A stretch of DNA of 64,000 bases, taken from positions 672,001-736,000 of the forward strand of contig OZ243927.1 of assembly GCA_965213925.1 (NCBI GenBank), given 5' to 3'. Below are positions 52,566 through 62,504 of the stretch, in pieces (positions within the stretch are counted from its first letter, which is position 1; every line of letters begins with the position of its first letter). Position numbers and translations under genes: made by a program. This DNA comes from Trueperaceae bacterium. GTDB lineage: Bacteria; Deinococcota; Deinococci; Deinococcales; Trueperaceae. The notes under the pieces were generated by a model. It had not been told where the DNA came from. It worked only from the letters and a program-made list of their open reading frames with translations, and did not search any database.

Positions 52566-53600
52566 TCAATCTACATCAAGGTTCCCTAGATCAGCCTCTA
52601 CACCTTCGAAGGAGCTGAAGGTAAAGTAGATTCTTTTACCTGTAACAGTTGGTCTGACGTACCTTGCCCAATTGATGCCGTAAAGTGTATCGATGTCTCC
52701 AACGGACGAGGTTCTTAATACAGGTGAGCCACTGTCTCCACGTTCTGTATTGGCTCGGACGCGAGTTTGGCAGAGGAGGATGACATTTGAATTATCACGC
52801 CCAAAGTTAGCACAAGAGTTGGCAACAGCACCCTCAGTGTCACCAGTCGTTTGACCTACCTCATGTAGTCTAACGCCTACCCAATTTGAGTCTGGTAAAC
52901 CGCTCTTACTGCTATCTATTTATTCGGTGCGGTATATCTCGAGCGGGTCCGAAGTCGAAATTTCTGCCTTTTGCTTTGTAATAGCGTACCTTCTCGAGTT
53001 GCTGATCGAAGGCCGATACCGCACGAAGATACTGTCACTGTAGCGGCAGCGACTACCAGAGGAACAGCTTCCGCCCGTAAAGCCACTGTAATCCCTAGCT
53101 TCATCACCTATATAGTCACCACCCTGATAGAACCGAGTATTATCGTTTGCATCAGTACTACTACAATGCGAATTCGTAACAAAGCCGCTGGCGTTTAGAC
53201 CGTAGTGATAAGCATTGAAACCTAACGTACATGACCCAACATTACTGGATATTCTTACACCGCCTACTGTCGGGCGTACTCTATCATCTAAAGTAAGAAC
53301 AGGCTCAATCTTACCTTCTTCGAAAGTTACCGCCTCGCTAGGTATGTCAAGTTGGTCAAGTTTTTTTAATTTTGACAGCTACATCTTTACTCTCTACCCC
53401 GATCAAAACTCGGTTGTTTTGCTCATCAACGTCCGTAAAAATGACACTAGGGAACGAGAAGACATAGTTGTCGGCTTTCTGCCGCCACTGCGTAAGGCTC
53501 GAGAAATCGTATTTGCCCTGAAGCACCTTAATCTCACCTTCGGGAAGTTTTGGATGATTATTAGAAAAAATTCGTGTCGTATTTGTGAGATTTTTTACAC
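52566..53600 (-). pseudogene. Disrupted S1 (trypsin-like) serine protease with propeptide
   Basis: CTLGFN, GFVTNSHC, RYSDS, GDSGSP; frameshift at the A7 tract (53361-53367), in-frame TAA at 52920-52922, no intact 5' end. Confidence 0.85.
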
Positions 53601-53734
53601 TTCATCTTAATTATTATTTCACATTAGGTTGCGGGTGGTTAGGTTGCGCTTTGACTGCTATTTTGCGTCAACGGTATCTGCGAACTTGGGCTATGCTTCT
53701 AAGTCTTTGTAGCACCCAAAGCAACAGCTATTAG

Positions 53735-54214
53735 TCAGAAGAACTTAGGAAAGACCGTGATGCCAATCGCGATGACGATGAAGATTTTGGCGAACACCCC
53801 ACCGAGTGTGCCGACGAACGCGCCCAAGCCTGAGCGGAGCGCCTCTTTGAAGGTCCGCTTGGTGAGGAGTTCTGCGCCCACCGCGCCAACGACCGCGCCA
53901 ATCAAAAACCCGAAGGGCGGAAGGAAAAAGATACCCACCACCGAGCCGATGATGCTGCCCCACACGCCCGCCTGACTCGCCCCGTAGCGCCGCGCCCCAA
54001 TCACGCCCGCGACGTACTCGATAATTTGCGCGAGCACGGCGAACGCAGTGACGATGACGACGGAGGAGACTGGAATCTGCTCGAACCCCGTCATCCACCC
54101 CGCCAAAAGTGCGCCGAGCGCCGCGAGGGGAATCCCCGGCACAACAGGCAGAATGATGCCGACGATACTTACCAGATAGAAGAGGATGAAGACGAGCGCT
54201 GCGAGGATATCCAT
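53735..54214 (-). CDS. DUF456 (YqgC-like) membrane protein
   Basis: GIILPVVPG, GARRYGAS..G.WGSIIG. Confidence 0.85.
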   Translation of the reverse strand: MDILAALVFILFYLVSIVGIILPVVPGIPLAALGALLAGWMTGFEQIPVSSVVIVTAFAVLAQIIEYVAGVIGARRYGASQAGVWGSIIGSVVGIFFLPPFGFLIGAVVGAVGAELLTKRTFKEALRSGLGAFVGTLGGVFAKIFIVIAIGITVFPKFF

Positions 54215-54304
54215 ACGCTCAGCATGGCAGATGTAGCGCTCAGGTGTCTACTAGAAAGAAGAGGTGAAGTGGAGTACACCGTTAAGTAAGTTTTGCAACA
54301 CTGT

Positions 54305-54526
54305 TGTCACCCTGTTCACGCAGTTAGACGAAGTCCGGCGGGTCCGAATGGAGTGAGAACAATAATGGCGTAAGGGTCTCGTTTAGCTACGCTAAAACTC
54401 CATAATTGGCTACTGCCAAAACCTTGTAACTCGCAATCTCGGCTGGTTGGGAATGGAAGACGAGATTCTTTCATCAGGCGAAGCCTATCCTGTAAAGGGC
54501 TCCGCTTCGCTACGTTCAGAATGACA
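54305..54526. repeat. TGTC(A)-tagged composite palindromic element, copy 1
   Basis: TGTCACCCTG...AAGGGTCTC...GAGATTCTT...TTCAGAATGACA; homologous to 61410-61645. Confidence 0.8.
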
Positions 54527-54595
54527 TCACTCGTTTTTTGATTAACAGTGTATGGGGAATCTTTTTGAAAAGTAGCGAGCGGTAATAAGAAAAGA

Positions 54596-54715
54596 AGCAA
54601 TGAGTTGAAAGCAATGAGCAATCCAGTCAAGCTGGTTACGCAGTCTCCCGAAGGGAACGAACGGTGAGTCTAAAGCCTTTCACTCATTGCTCATTGCTCG
54701 TTACTCATTGCTCGT
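54596..54715. repeat. AGCAATG heptamer repeat, copy 3
   Basis: AGCAATGAGTTGAAAGCAATGAGCAA ... GAGTCTAAAGCCTTTCACTCATTGCTCATTGCT. Confidence 0.85.
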
Positions 54716-55221
54716 TAGTGCCAATCCTGCGGCGCACTCAGCTCGCCGCGCTTATTCCCTTTGATGAGGTCGACGGCGTGCGGCAAGATGTCGATAATGG
54801 CTTCCAAGGACTCCTGCGCCCCTTTGGGGCTACCTGGCAAGTTGACGATCAAGGTGCCACGTCGGACGCCCGCGACGCCGCGAGAGAGCGCCGCCTTGCG
54901 GTTTTGCTGCATTCCCGTAAGGCGCATCAGTTCGGGCAACCCTGGCACTTCGCGCTCGATGACCTCTAAGGTAGCGTCCGGCGTGCGGTCACGGAGCGCT
55001 AAGCCTGTGCCGCCTGTGGTCAACACGAGGTCGACGGCGTCCGACTCCGACCAGACGCGCAGTTTCGAGCGGATGACGGCTTGCTCGTCGGGGACGACTT
55101 GATAGTCCACTTCGGTGAAAGGTCCGGTGGCTAAAAGCTGGCGAATTTCCAAAGCGGAGGTGTCGGCGCGTTCGCCTTTTGCGCCCTTGTCGCTGGCGGT
55201 TAAAATAGCGGTTCGAATCAT
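54715..55221 (-). CDS. mog: Molybdopterin adenylyltransferase (MogA/MoaB)
   Basis: TASD, TTGGTGLALRDRTPDA, NLPGSPKG; TATGCT-N6-ATG. Confidence 0.9.
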   Translation of the reverse strand: MIRTAILTASDKGAKGERADTSALEIRQLLATGPFTEVDYQVVPDEQAVIRSKLRVWSESDAVDLVLTTGGTGLALRDRTPDATLEVIEREVPGLPELMRLTGMQQNRKAALSRGVAGVRRGTLIVNLPGSPKGAQESLEAIIDILPHAVDLIKGNKRGELSAPQDWH

Positions 55222-55328
55222 GGGCTTAGCATACAGGGGTCTTCGACTTTTTGTCATTGTAAAAAACCATATCGGGAAGCTCGAGTTTCACGCTGACATA
55301 GAGTGCAAGGATATATGCGCAGTACCGG

Positions 55329-55379
55329 GCTTTTAGTGATTAGCTTTTAGGTTTTAGCTAACGGCTAAAAGCTAAGAGC
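55329..55379. repeat. CTTTTAG/CTAAAAG heptamer inverted tandem repeat
   Basis: GCTTTTAG TGATTAG CTTTTAG GTTTTAG CTAACGG CTAAAAG CTAAGAG. Confidence 0.75.
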
Positions 55380-55547
55380 CTTTGCGCTGAGGGATGCGTT
55401 CACAAAAACTCGAGTCAAGAGATGGACGTAGAATCTCCTCTTTTGTACGTCCCCGTCCGCAACGTTTTACTACACGCCCGTCAGCGCGGTAGGCTAGAGC
55501 GTTTGTTAAGGTCATCTTTACGCATCCAACGATAAGGAGAACGAACG

Positions 55548-56774
55548 TTGAACATTCACGAATATCAAGCCAAAGAGCTGATGAAGGCGCGCGGCATCGC
55601 CGTGCCTGAAGGACAGGTCGCCGCCTCCCCCAACGAAGCCGTATCAGCGGTGCGTCCCCTCATCGAAAACAGCGGCAATAAGGTTGTCGTGGTCAAGTCG
55701 CAGATTCATGCGGGCGGACGCGGCAAGGGTCGCTTCAAAGAGCACGAGGACGTGGCGGGCGTCAACGTGGTGACGGACGGGTTAGGCGGTGGCGTCAAGG
55801 CGGCCGAAGAGAAGGTGCGCGAGCTAGCCAAGAAGATGCTCGGCTCGACGCTCGTCACCGTGCAGACGGGCGAAGAGGGCAAAGAGGTCAGTAGGCTCTA
55901 TATCGAGCAGGGCATCGACATCGAGAAGGAACTCTACCTCTCTATCGTCTTGGACCGCGCTCACGCCCGCAACGTCGTGATGGTCTCGACGGAGGGCGGC
56001 ACCGAAATCGAAGAGGTCGCCGAGAAGACGCCCGAGAAGATTCAGCGCGTGGTGATTGACCCGGCGGTGGGGCTGACGGATTTTCAGGCGCGAGAGCTTG
56101 CCTTTGCCCTGGAGCTTTCCGGCGACGCCTTTAAGAACGGCGTCAAGTTCATGAAAGCGGTGACGAAGGCGGCTAGGGAATTAGACACCGACATGCTCGA
56201 GATCAACCCGCTCGTCGTCACCAAACAGGGTCAAGTGATGGCTTTAGACGGCAAGATGAGCTTCGACAGCAACGCGCTCTTCCGCCACAAGGACGTGTTG
56301 GAGATGCGCGACAAGTCCGAGGAGGACCCCGCTGAGGTCGAGGCGGACAAGTACGGCTTGTCCTTCATCAAACTAGACGGCAACATCGGCTGCTTGGTCA
56401 ACGGCGCAGGTTTAGCCATGTCCACGATGGACATCATCAAGCACGAGGGCGGCGAGCCCGCGAACTTCTTGGACGTAGGCGGCGGCGCGACCACGGAAAA
56501 CGTGACGGCGGCGTTTAAGATCATCACCCGTGACCCCAGCGTCAAAGGCATCTTCGTGAATATCTTCGGCGGCATCATGCGCTGCGACACGATTGCGAAC
56601 GGCGTCGTCGAGGCGGTTAAAGAGGTCGGTTTGGAGGTGCCTTTAGTCGTGCGTTTAGAAGGCACGAACGTCGAGCTAGGCAAAGAGATCATTCAAAACG
56701 CGGGCATCGAGGGTGTGGTCAGCGCCGACGATATGAAGGACGGCGCACGTAAGATTGTGGAGTTGGCGCAGTGA
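55548..56774 (+). CDS. sucC: Succinyl-CoA synthetase beta subunit
   Basis: [38 protein letters not shown]. Confidence 0.97.
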   Translation: MNIHEYQAKELMKARGIAVPEGQVAASPNEAVSAVRPLIENSGNKVVVVKSQIHAGGRGKGRFKEHEDVAGVNVVTDGLGGGVKAAEEKVRELAKKMLGSTLVTVQTGEEGKEVSRLYIEQGIDIEKELYLSIVLDRAHARNVVMVSTEGGTEIEEVAEKTPEKIQRVVIDPAVGLTDFQARELAFALELSGDAFKNGVKFMKAVTKAARELDTDMLEINPLVVTKQGQVMALDGKMSFDSNALFRHKDVLEMRDKSEEDPAEVEADKYGLSFIKLDGNIGCLVNGAGLAMSTMDIIKHEGGEPANFLDVGGGATTENVTAAFKIITRDPSVKGIFVNIFGGIMRCDTIANGVVEAVKEVGLEVPLVVRLEGTNVELGKEIIQNAGIEGVVSADDMKDGARKIVELAQ

Positions 56775-57712
56775 GCATTTTAGTTGATAAAAATACGAAG
56801 GTCATTATTCAAGGTTTAGGCAACACGGGTAAATTTCATACGGACAAAGCAATCGCCTACGGTACGAACATGGTCGGCGCGGTTCACCCCGGTCGCGGTG
56901 GTGAAACGGAACGTTTCGAGGGCGAGACGGACCATAGCGGTGTAACCGGACGAGATGACACCTACAGCGTGGATGTGCCAATTTTCAATACCGTGAAGGA
57001 GGCGGTTGAGGAGACAGGCGCGAACGCTTCAGTCATCTACGTCCCCCCGCCCTTCGCCGCTGACGCTATCATGGAAGCCGCGAGCGCCGACATCCCACTT
57101 ATCATCACCATCACCGAGGGTATCCCCATCGAGGATATGGTTAAAGCGCGGCGCTACATGGAGGGCAGACCCTCGCGTCTGGTCGGTCCGAATTGCCCCG
57201 GCGTCATCACGCCGCATGAATGCAAAATTGGCATTATGCCTGGCTACATCCACAAGGGCGGCAAGATCGGCGTCGTGAGCCGCTCCGGGACGCTCACCTA
57301 TGAGGCGGTGCATCAGCTTACGAATAACGGTTTAGGACAGACGACGGCGGTGGGCATCGGCGGCGACCCTGTACACGGCACGAATTTCTTGGACGTGTTG
57401 AAGCTCTTCAACGACGACCCCGAGACCGAAGGCGTCATTATGATTGGCGAAATCGGCGGCACGGCGGAAGAGGAGGCGGCGGCGTGGGTCAAGGACAACA
57501 TGACCAAGCCCGTCGCGGGCTTTATCGCTGGGACGACCGCGCCGCCAGGCAAGCGCATGGGGCACGCGGGGGCGATTATCTCCGGGGGTAAGGGGACAGC
57601 AGAGGATAAGATCGCCGCTTTGGAAGACGCGGGTGTGGTGGTCGCGCCGACGCCTACGGACATGGGCTCGGCGATGATGGAGGCGATGGAGAAGGCGGGG
57701 GTAGAGGCTTAG
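56771..57712 (+). CDS. sucD: Succinyl-CoA synthetase alpha subunit
   Basis: [27 protein letters not shown]. Confidence 0.97.
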   Translation: MSILVDKNTKVIIQGLGNTGKFHTDKAIAYGTNMVGAVHPGRGGETERFEGETDHSGVTGRDDTYSVDVPIFNTVKEAVEETGANASVIYVPPPFAADAIMEAASADIPLIITITEGIPIEDMVKARRYMEGRPSRLVGPNCPGVITPHECKIGIMPGYIHKGGKIGVVSRSGTLTYEAVHQLTNNGLGQTTAVGIGGDPVHGTNFLDVLKLFNDDPETEGVIMIGEIGGTAEEEAAAWVKDNMTKPVAGFIAGTTAPPGKRMGHAGAIISGGKGTAEDKIAALEDAGVVVAPTPTDMGSAMMEAMEKAGVEA

Positions 57713-57806
57713 GGCTTTGGCTCGAGCCTCCAACTATCCCGAACATCAAGAGGTCAATGACGGTTTTTCAACGCGCCACCCAATTTTTCTCAAGTACATT
57801 AGATAA

Positions 57807-58854
57807 ATGAGCGACCTGCATATCTACGGGCTACTGCGTGACTGACATGCTAATAAGTAGCAATACTTGCTTAACGGTGCACTTAGTTTTATACGTTAAG
57901 AGGTGAATATGCCTATTAAGGAATATTTCTATATTTTTCTTAGCGGTATTTACGAGCAAGCCGCGCCGCGCCAAGCCGATCACGTGTGTTCACGCGCGGC
58001 TTGGCGGTGACGTGCTAGATGTGCAGCAGCTCGAGCCGCTTCTTAACTTCCAGGCGTTCGAGTCTCTTTTAGCGCGTCCTGGTCCCTGGACGATGGGCAT
58101 CGACGCGCCTTTCGCGCAGCCGCGGCGCTTGGTCGAAGTGCTGGGTTGGTCTCCTAGCTGGGACGACTATGTCGAAGAGGTCGCGGTGCTCGGCAAGGGA
58201 GGGTTTGAGCGGACCTTAAAGGACTATATCGCCGCCCAGCCTGGAGGCGACAAGCTCCACCGCCGCCGGGTGGACGAACGCGCGAAAGCCGTAAGCCCGA
58301 TGTCGCTCGCTTACGTTCCTGTAGGCAAGATGTTTTATGAGCTTGCGCCGCGGCTGCTGCGCACGAACCTCAACCTCCCGCTGCTCCGCGAAACGGCGGA
58401 GGATAGAACCGCTTTAGAGGTTTATCCCGCGCTCATCGTCAGGCAGCTTATCGGCAAGCGGAAGTATAAGAGCGACACCAAGCAGCAGCAGACCGAGGGG
58501 ATGAGGGAGGTGCGGCGCGAGGTGATCGAAACGCTGCGCTCGGGGGTGTACGGAATGAGGCTCGAGCTTGGCGGCGTGCTGAGCGCGTACCTCTTGGACG
58601 ACGCGACGGGGGACGCGCTCGACGCGACCCTCTGCGCGGTGCAAGCGGCGTGGGCAGCGAGGCAAGAGAATTACGGAATACCGGACGGAGTGGACAGGCT
58701 CGAGGGGTGGATTGTCGATCCGACACTTAAAAGCCCTTTACGTTTGGATCAGTTCAACGCAAGACTATCAGGAAAAAAGCGGCGTGAGCACCTAGAGGGC
58801 ACCTTTCTATTTGCTGAGTACGCTTTGCCTGACGCAACTCGCCATGTTTGTTGA
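57807..58854 (+). pseudogene. DUF429 family gene split near its 5' end by an AT-rich insertion
   Basis: MSDLHIYGL | insert | FTSKPRRAKPITC...GIDAPF...LEVYPA...DALDA. Confidence 0.7.
57832..57948. mobile_element. AT-rich insertion of about 115 bp flanked by TA (MITE-like)
   Basis: Ends TACTGC... and ...GCGGTA (short imperfect inverted repeat); removal restores the reading frame. Confidence 0.45.
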
Positions 58855-58909
58855 CTGGGCTCGAGCTATACCCTACCGAACTACTCAAGATTTCTGTTAT
58901 AGTAAAACC

Positions 58910-60037
58910 GTGAAAGACGTCGTGCCCGCCGCTTCTCTTAGGTCCAGCACCGAACCTCTTGCAAGCTACCCTGCGGAACCTGCGGCGCTGACGCTTCACG
59001 CCCTCACCAAAAGCTATCAAGACCCCAAGCATCCGGCGGTCGCCGACTTCAACTTAGAGGTCAAGAAGGGCGAGATTTTGGCGCTCTTGGGGCCGTCAGG
59101 CTGCGGCAAAACGACGCTCTTGCGCCTTATCGCGGGCTTCGAAGTTCCGGACAAAGGTCACATCGAGGTCGCGGGCACCCAGGTCGCAGGACCGGACACG
59201 TGGCTCCAACCCGAGCGGCGCAACATCGGCTTCGTCTTTCAGGATTACGCGCTCTTTCCGCACCTAGACGTGCTGCAAAACGTCGCGTTCGGACTGGCGG
59301 GGCTACCCCGAAAGAAACGTATCGAGCGGGCGAAGGCGGTCTTGGACTTAGTCGGCCTCACCATCTTTAGCCGCCGCTATCCGCACCAGCTTTCGGGCGG
59401 TCAGCAGCAGCGTGTGGCGTTGGCGCGGGCGTTAGCGCCTGAGCCCGAGGTCATCCTTTTAGACGAGCCCTTTAGCAACCTAGACGCCGCCCTGCGCGGC
59501 TCGACGCGGCGCGAGGTGCGGCGCATCTTAGAAGCGTCCGGGGCGACGACGATCCTAGTCACCCACGATCAAGAGGAAGCGATGACCTTTGCCGACAGGC
59601 TCGCCGTGATGCGCGCGGGGCACCTTGAACAGGTGGGCGTGCCGGAGCGTGTCTACTTGCGCCCGCGCACGGCGTTCGTCGCCAACTTCTTAGGGACGAC
59701 CAACCTCATTCGCGGGACGGGTCGCGAACACGTCGCCGATACGCTTTTGGGCACGCTTCAAGTCGCGCAGCCCGTGATGGGGTCGGCGCTGCTCTCGTTG
59801 CGCCCCGAAGACCTGACCTTCGGCGAGAGGGGTGTGAGCGTGAGCGTCTTGAACCGCGACTTTAAGGGACACGACCTGACCTACACCTGCCGCGTGATCG
59901 CCGAGCCCGACCAGGTAGGGCAGACCTTTGTGGTGCAGACTGGACCGGAATGCACGGTGCAAGTTGGCGACGTCACGCGCCTCTCGAGCCGGGGCGTCGC
60001 GGTGCCCCTTGAAGGCAGCACGAGCAAGCCTCTCTGA
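58910..60037 (+). CDS. ABC transporter ATP-binding protein (FbpC/PotA-like)
   Basis: GPSGCGKTT, FQDYALFPHL, LSGGQQQR, LLDEPFSNLD; TATAGT-N6-GTG at 58910. Confidence 0.88.
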   Translation: MKDVVPAASLRSSTEPLASYPAEPAALTLHALTKSYQDPKHPAVADFNLEVKKGEILALLGPSGCGKTTLLRLIAGFEVPDKGHIEVAGTQVAGPDTWLQPERRNIGFVFQDYALFPHLDVLQNVAFGLAGLPRKKRIERAKAVLDLVGLTIFSRRYPHQLSGGQQQRVALARALAPEPEVILLDEPFSNLDAALRGSTRREVRRILEASGATTILVTHDQEEAMTFADRLAVMRAGHLEQVGVPERVYLRPRTAFVANFLGTTNLIRGTGREHVADTLLGTLQVAQPVMGSALLSLRPEDLTFGERGVSVSVLNRDFKGHDLTYTCRVIAEPDQVGQTFVVQTGPECTVQVGDVTRLSSRGVAVPLEGSTSKPL

Positions 60038-60298
60038 AAAATTAGTGAACGACGAGGAGAACCTCGGCTCGAGATTAAAACTATCTAAACGAATCGGGCG
60101 CGCGAAGTGCTTTGCTCGTAAGCAAGCCGCCACCACAAGGAGAAACCGATTCACTCTTTTGGTCACTGCGTGAAGGCACTGTCATCTTTTTATCAGATAG
60201 AAGAGGTTGTGCAGGCATAAGATATAGATAGTGAATTACGAATGTACATCCAGCACACTCCAAACACAACGCAACGCAACCTCAACAGGAGAATTGCT

Positions 60299-61063
60299 AT
60301 GTCACCATTAAGGTATTCCCTCAGCATGTTGTTAGGACTTTTGCTCGTGACCTTCAGCCTCGCCGCAAGTCAAAACGACCGAGATGGGGAAAATTTCTAC
60401 GACTCGGGCTCGGCCCAAGGTTGGACGCGCGAGTTCTCCGCAGGGCGCTCCTACAGCGTCAAAAGCGTGAGCGCACCGACGCGGCGTGGCGGCAGGGCGC
60501 TGCGCATGGAAACGCGCTACGGCGACCGAGAAAACAGCTACCATTCGGAGTTGGAGATGCACGGCGCGGGCGAGCCCGGCGAGCGCGCGTGGTACGGCTT
60601 TAGCACGTACGTCCCGACCTCTTGGGTTGATAGCGAGCAAACTGTGATCACCGCACAGTGGTGGAGCCATAGCCGCGCGAGCCCCCCGCTCGGCATCGAA
60701 ATCGAGGGCGACGAGTGGGTCGTCTTTCAGCGCTGGGACGAGGGGGACGAGGGTCTCTCTAAGCGCGCCGTAGGCACCGTGCGCAAAGGGGAATGGACCG
60801 ACTGGGTCGTCGAAGCGTATTGGTCGGACCGAAGGAACGGTTACGTAAAAGTCTGGCGTAACGGCGAGGTCGTTTACGAGCGCGAGGGGCCGAGCGTCTA
60901 TAGAAAAACGGAGCGTCTGCGCTTCAAGTTAGGGGTCTACGCCTGGCCCTGGAAGTACGACCGCCCCTCGCCCAGGAGGAGCAGCCCGCGCGTCATCTAT
61001 CACGACGAAATTCGCATCGGCGGCGAGAACTCGAGCTACAACGCCGTGAGCCCGAGAGACTAG
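60299..61063 (+). CDS. Secreted polysaccharide lyase-like protein (beta-jelly roll)
   Basis: Signal peptide; WYGFSTYVP, ITAQW, GEWTDWV, GYVKVWRNG, FKLGVY, YHDEIRIG; AGGAGA RBS. Confidence 0.75.
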   Translation: MSPLRYSLSMLLGLLLVTFSLAASQNDRDGENFYDSGSAQGWTREFSAGRSYSVKSVSAPTRRGGRALRMETRYGDRENSYHSELEMHGAGEPGERAWYGFSTYVPTSWVDSEQTVITAQWWSHSRASPPLGIEIEGDEWVVFQRWDEGDEGLSKRAVGTVRKGEWTDWVVEAYWSDRRNGYVKVWRNGEVVYEREGPSVYRKTERLRFKLGVYAWPWKYDRPSPRRSSPRVIYHDEIRIGGENSSYNAVSPRD

Positions 61064-61287
61064 CGCAAAACGAGCGGCAACCGCACTTCGCGTAAGGTGC
61101 CGGCCTCGTCAACGCAGAGTTCCCACACCGCAAGCTCGGGGCGCAATTCGTAGGCTCGCAGCTCGAGCTGCCGCCAAAACTCCGCGTCCCACAGGTGCCG
61201 ATGTTCGATGAGGTGCTCTAAAAAGCGCGGCGGCGAGGAGCCCCCGAGTGTGAAGTCGAGCACCTCGAGTAGATCACGTTTATTCAT
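61060..61287 (-). CDS. Small hypothetical protein
   Basis: 75-aa ORF; TATGAT -10 directly upstream. Confidence 0.55.
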   Translation of the reverse strand: MNKRDLLEVLDFTLGGSSPPRFLEHLIEHRHLWDAEFWRQLELRAYELRPELAVWELCVDEAGTLREVRLPLVLR

Positions 61288-61409
61288 CTTGCTGCATCAT
61301 ACCGCGCCGCCATCTCCAACGTTGTTTCGGAAGGCGCGGTAGGCAGAGTTCACCTGTTGAGTAGGAAACCGAAATTAAGTACATCGTTAAGCAAGGAATG
61401 CGGCACGGT

Positions 61410-61645
61410 TGTCACCCCGTTCACGAAGTACGGCGAAGCACGGTTGTCGAAGGGTCCCGTTTGGCTATGCCAAAACTCCGTAATTAGCTGTGCTAAAACT
61501 TCATAACTTGCAATCTCAGCTAGAGGAGAAGGCGAATGCAGAGATTCTTTCACGGAATCCTACGTTCATCGTAGGGCGGAGTCTATCCTACACTCGCCAT
61601 AGGGTGGAGTCTATCCTATAGCTCGCTGTAGGGTTCAGAATGACA
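61410..61645. repeat. TGTC(A)-tagged composite palindromic element, copy 2
   Basis: TGTCACCCCG...AAGGGTCCC...GAGATTCTT...TTCAGAATGACA with internal TAGGG.GGAGTCTATCCTA duplication. Confidence 0.8.
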
Positions 61646-61672
61646 TACTTCATTTTTTAGCTGACAGTGTGC

Positions 61673-62476
61673 TCACTCCGCTTCCAACGACAACTCATAC
61701 GCCAAATTGCGAGGCGCACCAAAGGTCATCAAGGCTTTTCTGAGGTCGCGCCCGCTGAGCCCTTCGGCGGCGAGTTCCTTGGCTTTCGCTGCGAAGTCGG
61801 TTTCTTCGGGCTGAGGATTTGGCGACACGACCACGACGACTTCACCGCGCACCTCACCCTGGGAAAGCTGCGCCTGAACCTTTTGCAGGGTTCCCCGGTA
61901 GGTCGTCTCAAAGCGTTTGGAAAGCTCGCGGCTGACGCTGACTCGTCTCGTCTCACCACAGACCTCTCCTAAATCTCTAAGCGTGGCGAGCAACCTTTTG
62001 GGCGACTCGTAAAAAGCGAGCGTCACCTCGCTCTTGGCAATCTGAGAGAGAACCTCGCGCCGCGCCGAACCTTTGCGCGGCAGAAAGCCTAAAAAGGTGA
62101 AGCTTCCGAGCGGCAAGCCGGAAAGGACGAGCGCGGGAATTAGGGCGGTAGGACCGGGCAGAACCTCTACCGTATCGCCGCGCTTGAGTGCGATTTGCAA
62201 GAGGTCCGCGCCGGGGTCAGACAGTCCAGGTGTACCCGCGTCGGTGACAAAAGCGACACGCCCATGCTCGCTCAAGACGCCTTCGCCCCTTGTTGGAATC
62301 GTGTGCGCGTCTAGGCGCACGAGCGGCTTGTCTATCTCGAAGTGGTTGAGCAGCGTGCGGCTGTGGCGGGTGTCCTCGGCGGCGATGAGGTCAGCCTCGC
62401 GGAGCGCCCGGAGCGCCCGCAGCGTGATGTCCTCTAAGTTGCCAATGGGCGTAGGGACGAGGACGAGGTGGGCCAT
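61673..62476 (-). CDS. rsmI: 16S rRNA C1402 2'-O-methyltransferase
   Basis: PTPIGNLEDIT, AEDTR, DAGTPGLSDPG, YESPKR, RELSK. Confidence 0.96.
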   Translation of the reverse strand: MAHLVLVPTPIGNLEDITLRALRALREADLIAAEDTRHSRTLLNHFEIDKPLVRLDAHTIPTRGEGVLSEHGRVAFVTDAGTPGLSDPGADLLQIALKRGDTVEVLPGPTALIPALVLSGLPLGSFTFLGFLPRKGSARREVLSQIAKSEVTLAFYESPKRLLATLRDLGEVCGETRRVSVSRELSKRFETTYRGTLQKVQAQLSQGEVRGEVVVVVSPNPQPEETDFAAKAKELAAEGLSGRDLRKALMTFGAPRNLAYELSLEAE

Positions 62477-62504
62477 AGCGGAGGGTGAGAAAATTCTGAA
62501 GAAG

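Noticed and set aside
53215..53610. Plus-strand ORFs at 52971 and 53215
   Set aside because: They are antisense shadows of the minus-strand protease pseudogene.
49074..60037. Two ABC ATPases without adjacent permeases, as a novel system
   Set aside because: Scattered transporter subunits are common and partners probably lie elsewhere in the genome.
54316..61553. ORFs 54316-54630, 54664-54969 and 61350-61553
   Set aside because: They are translations of repeat elements or antisense to mog.
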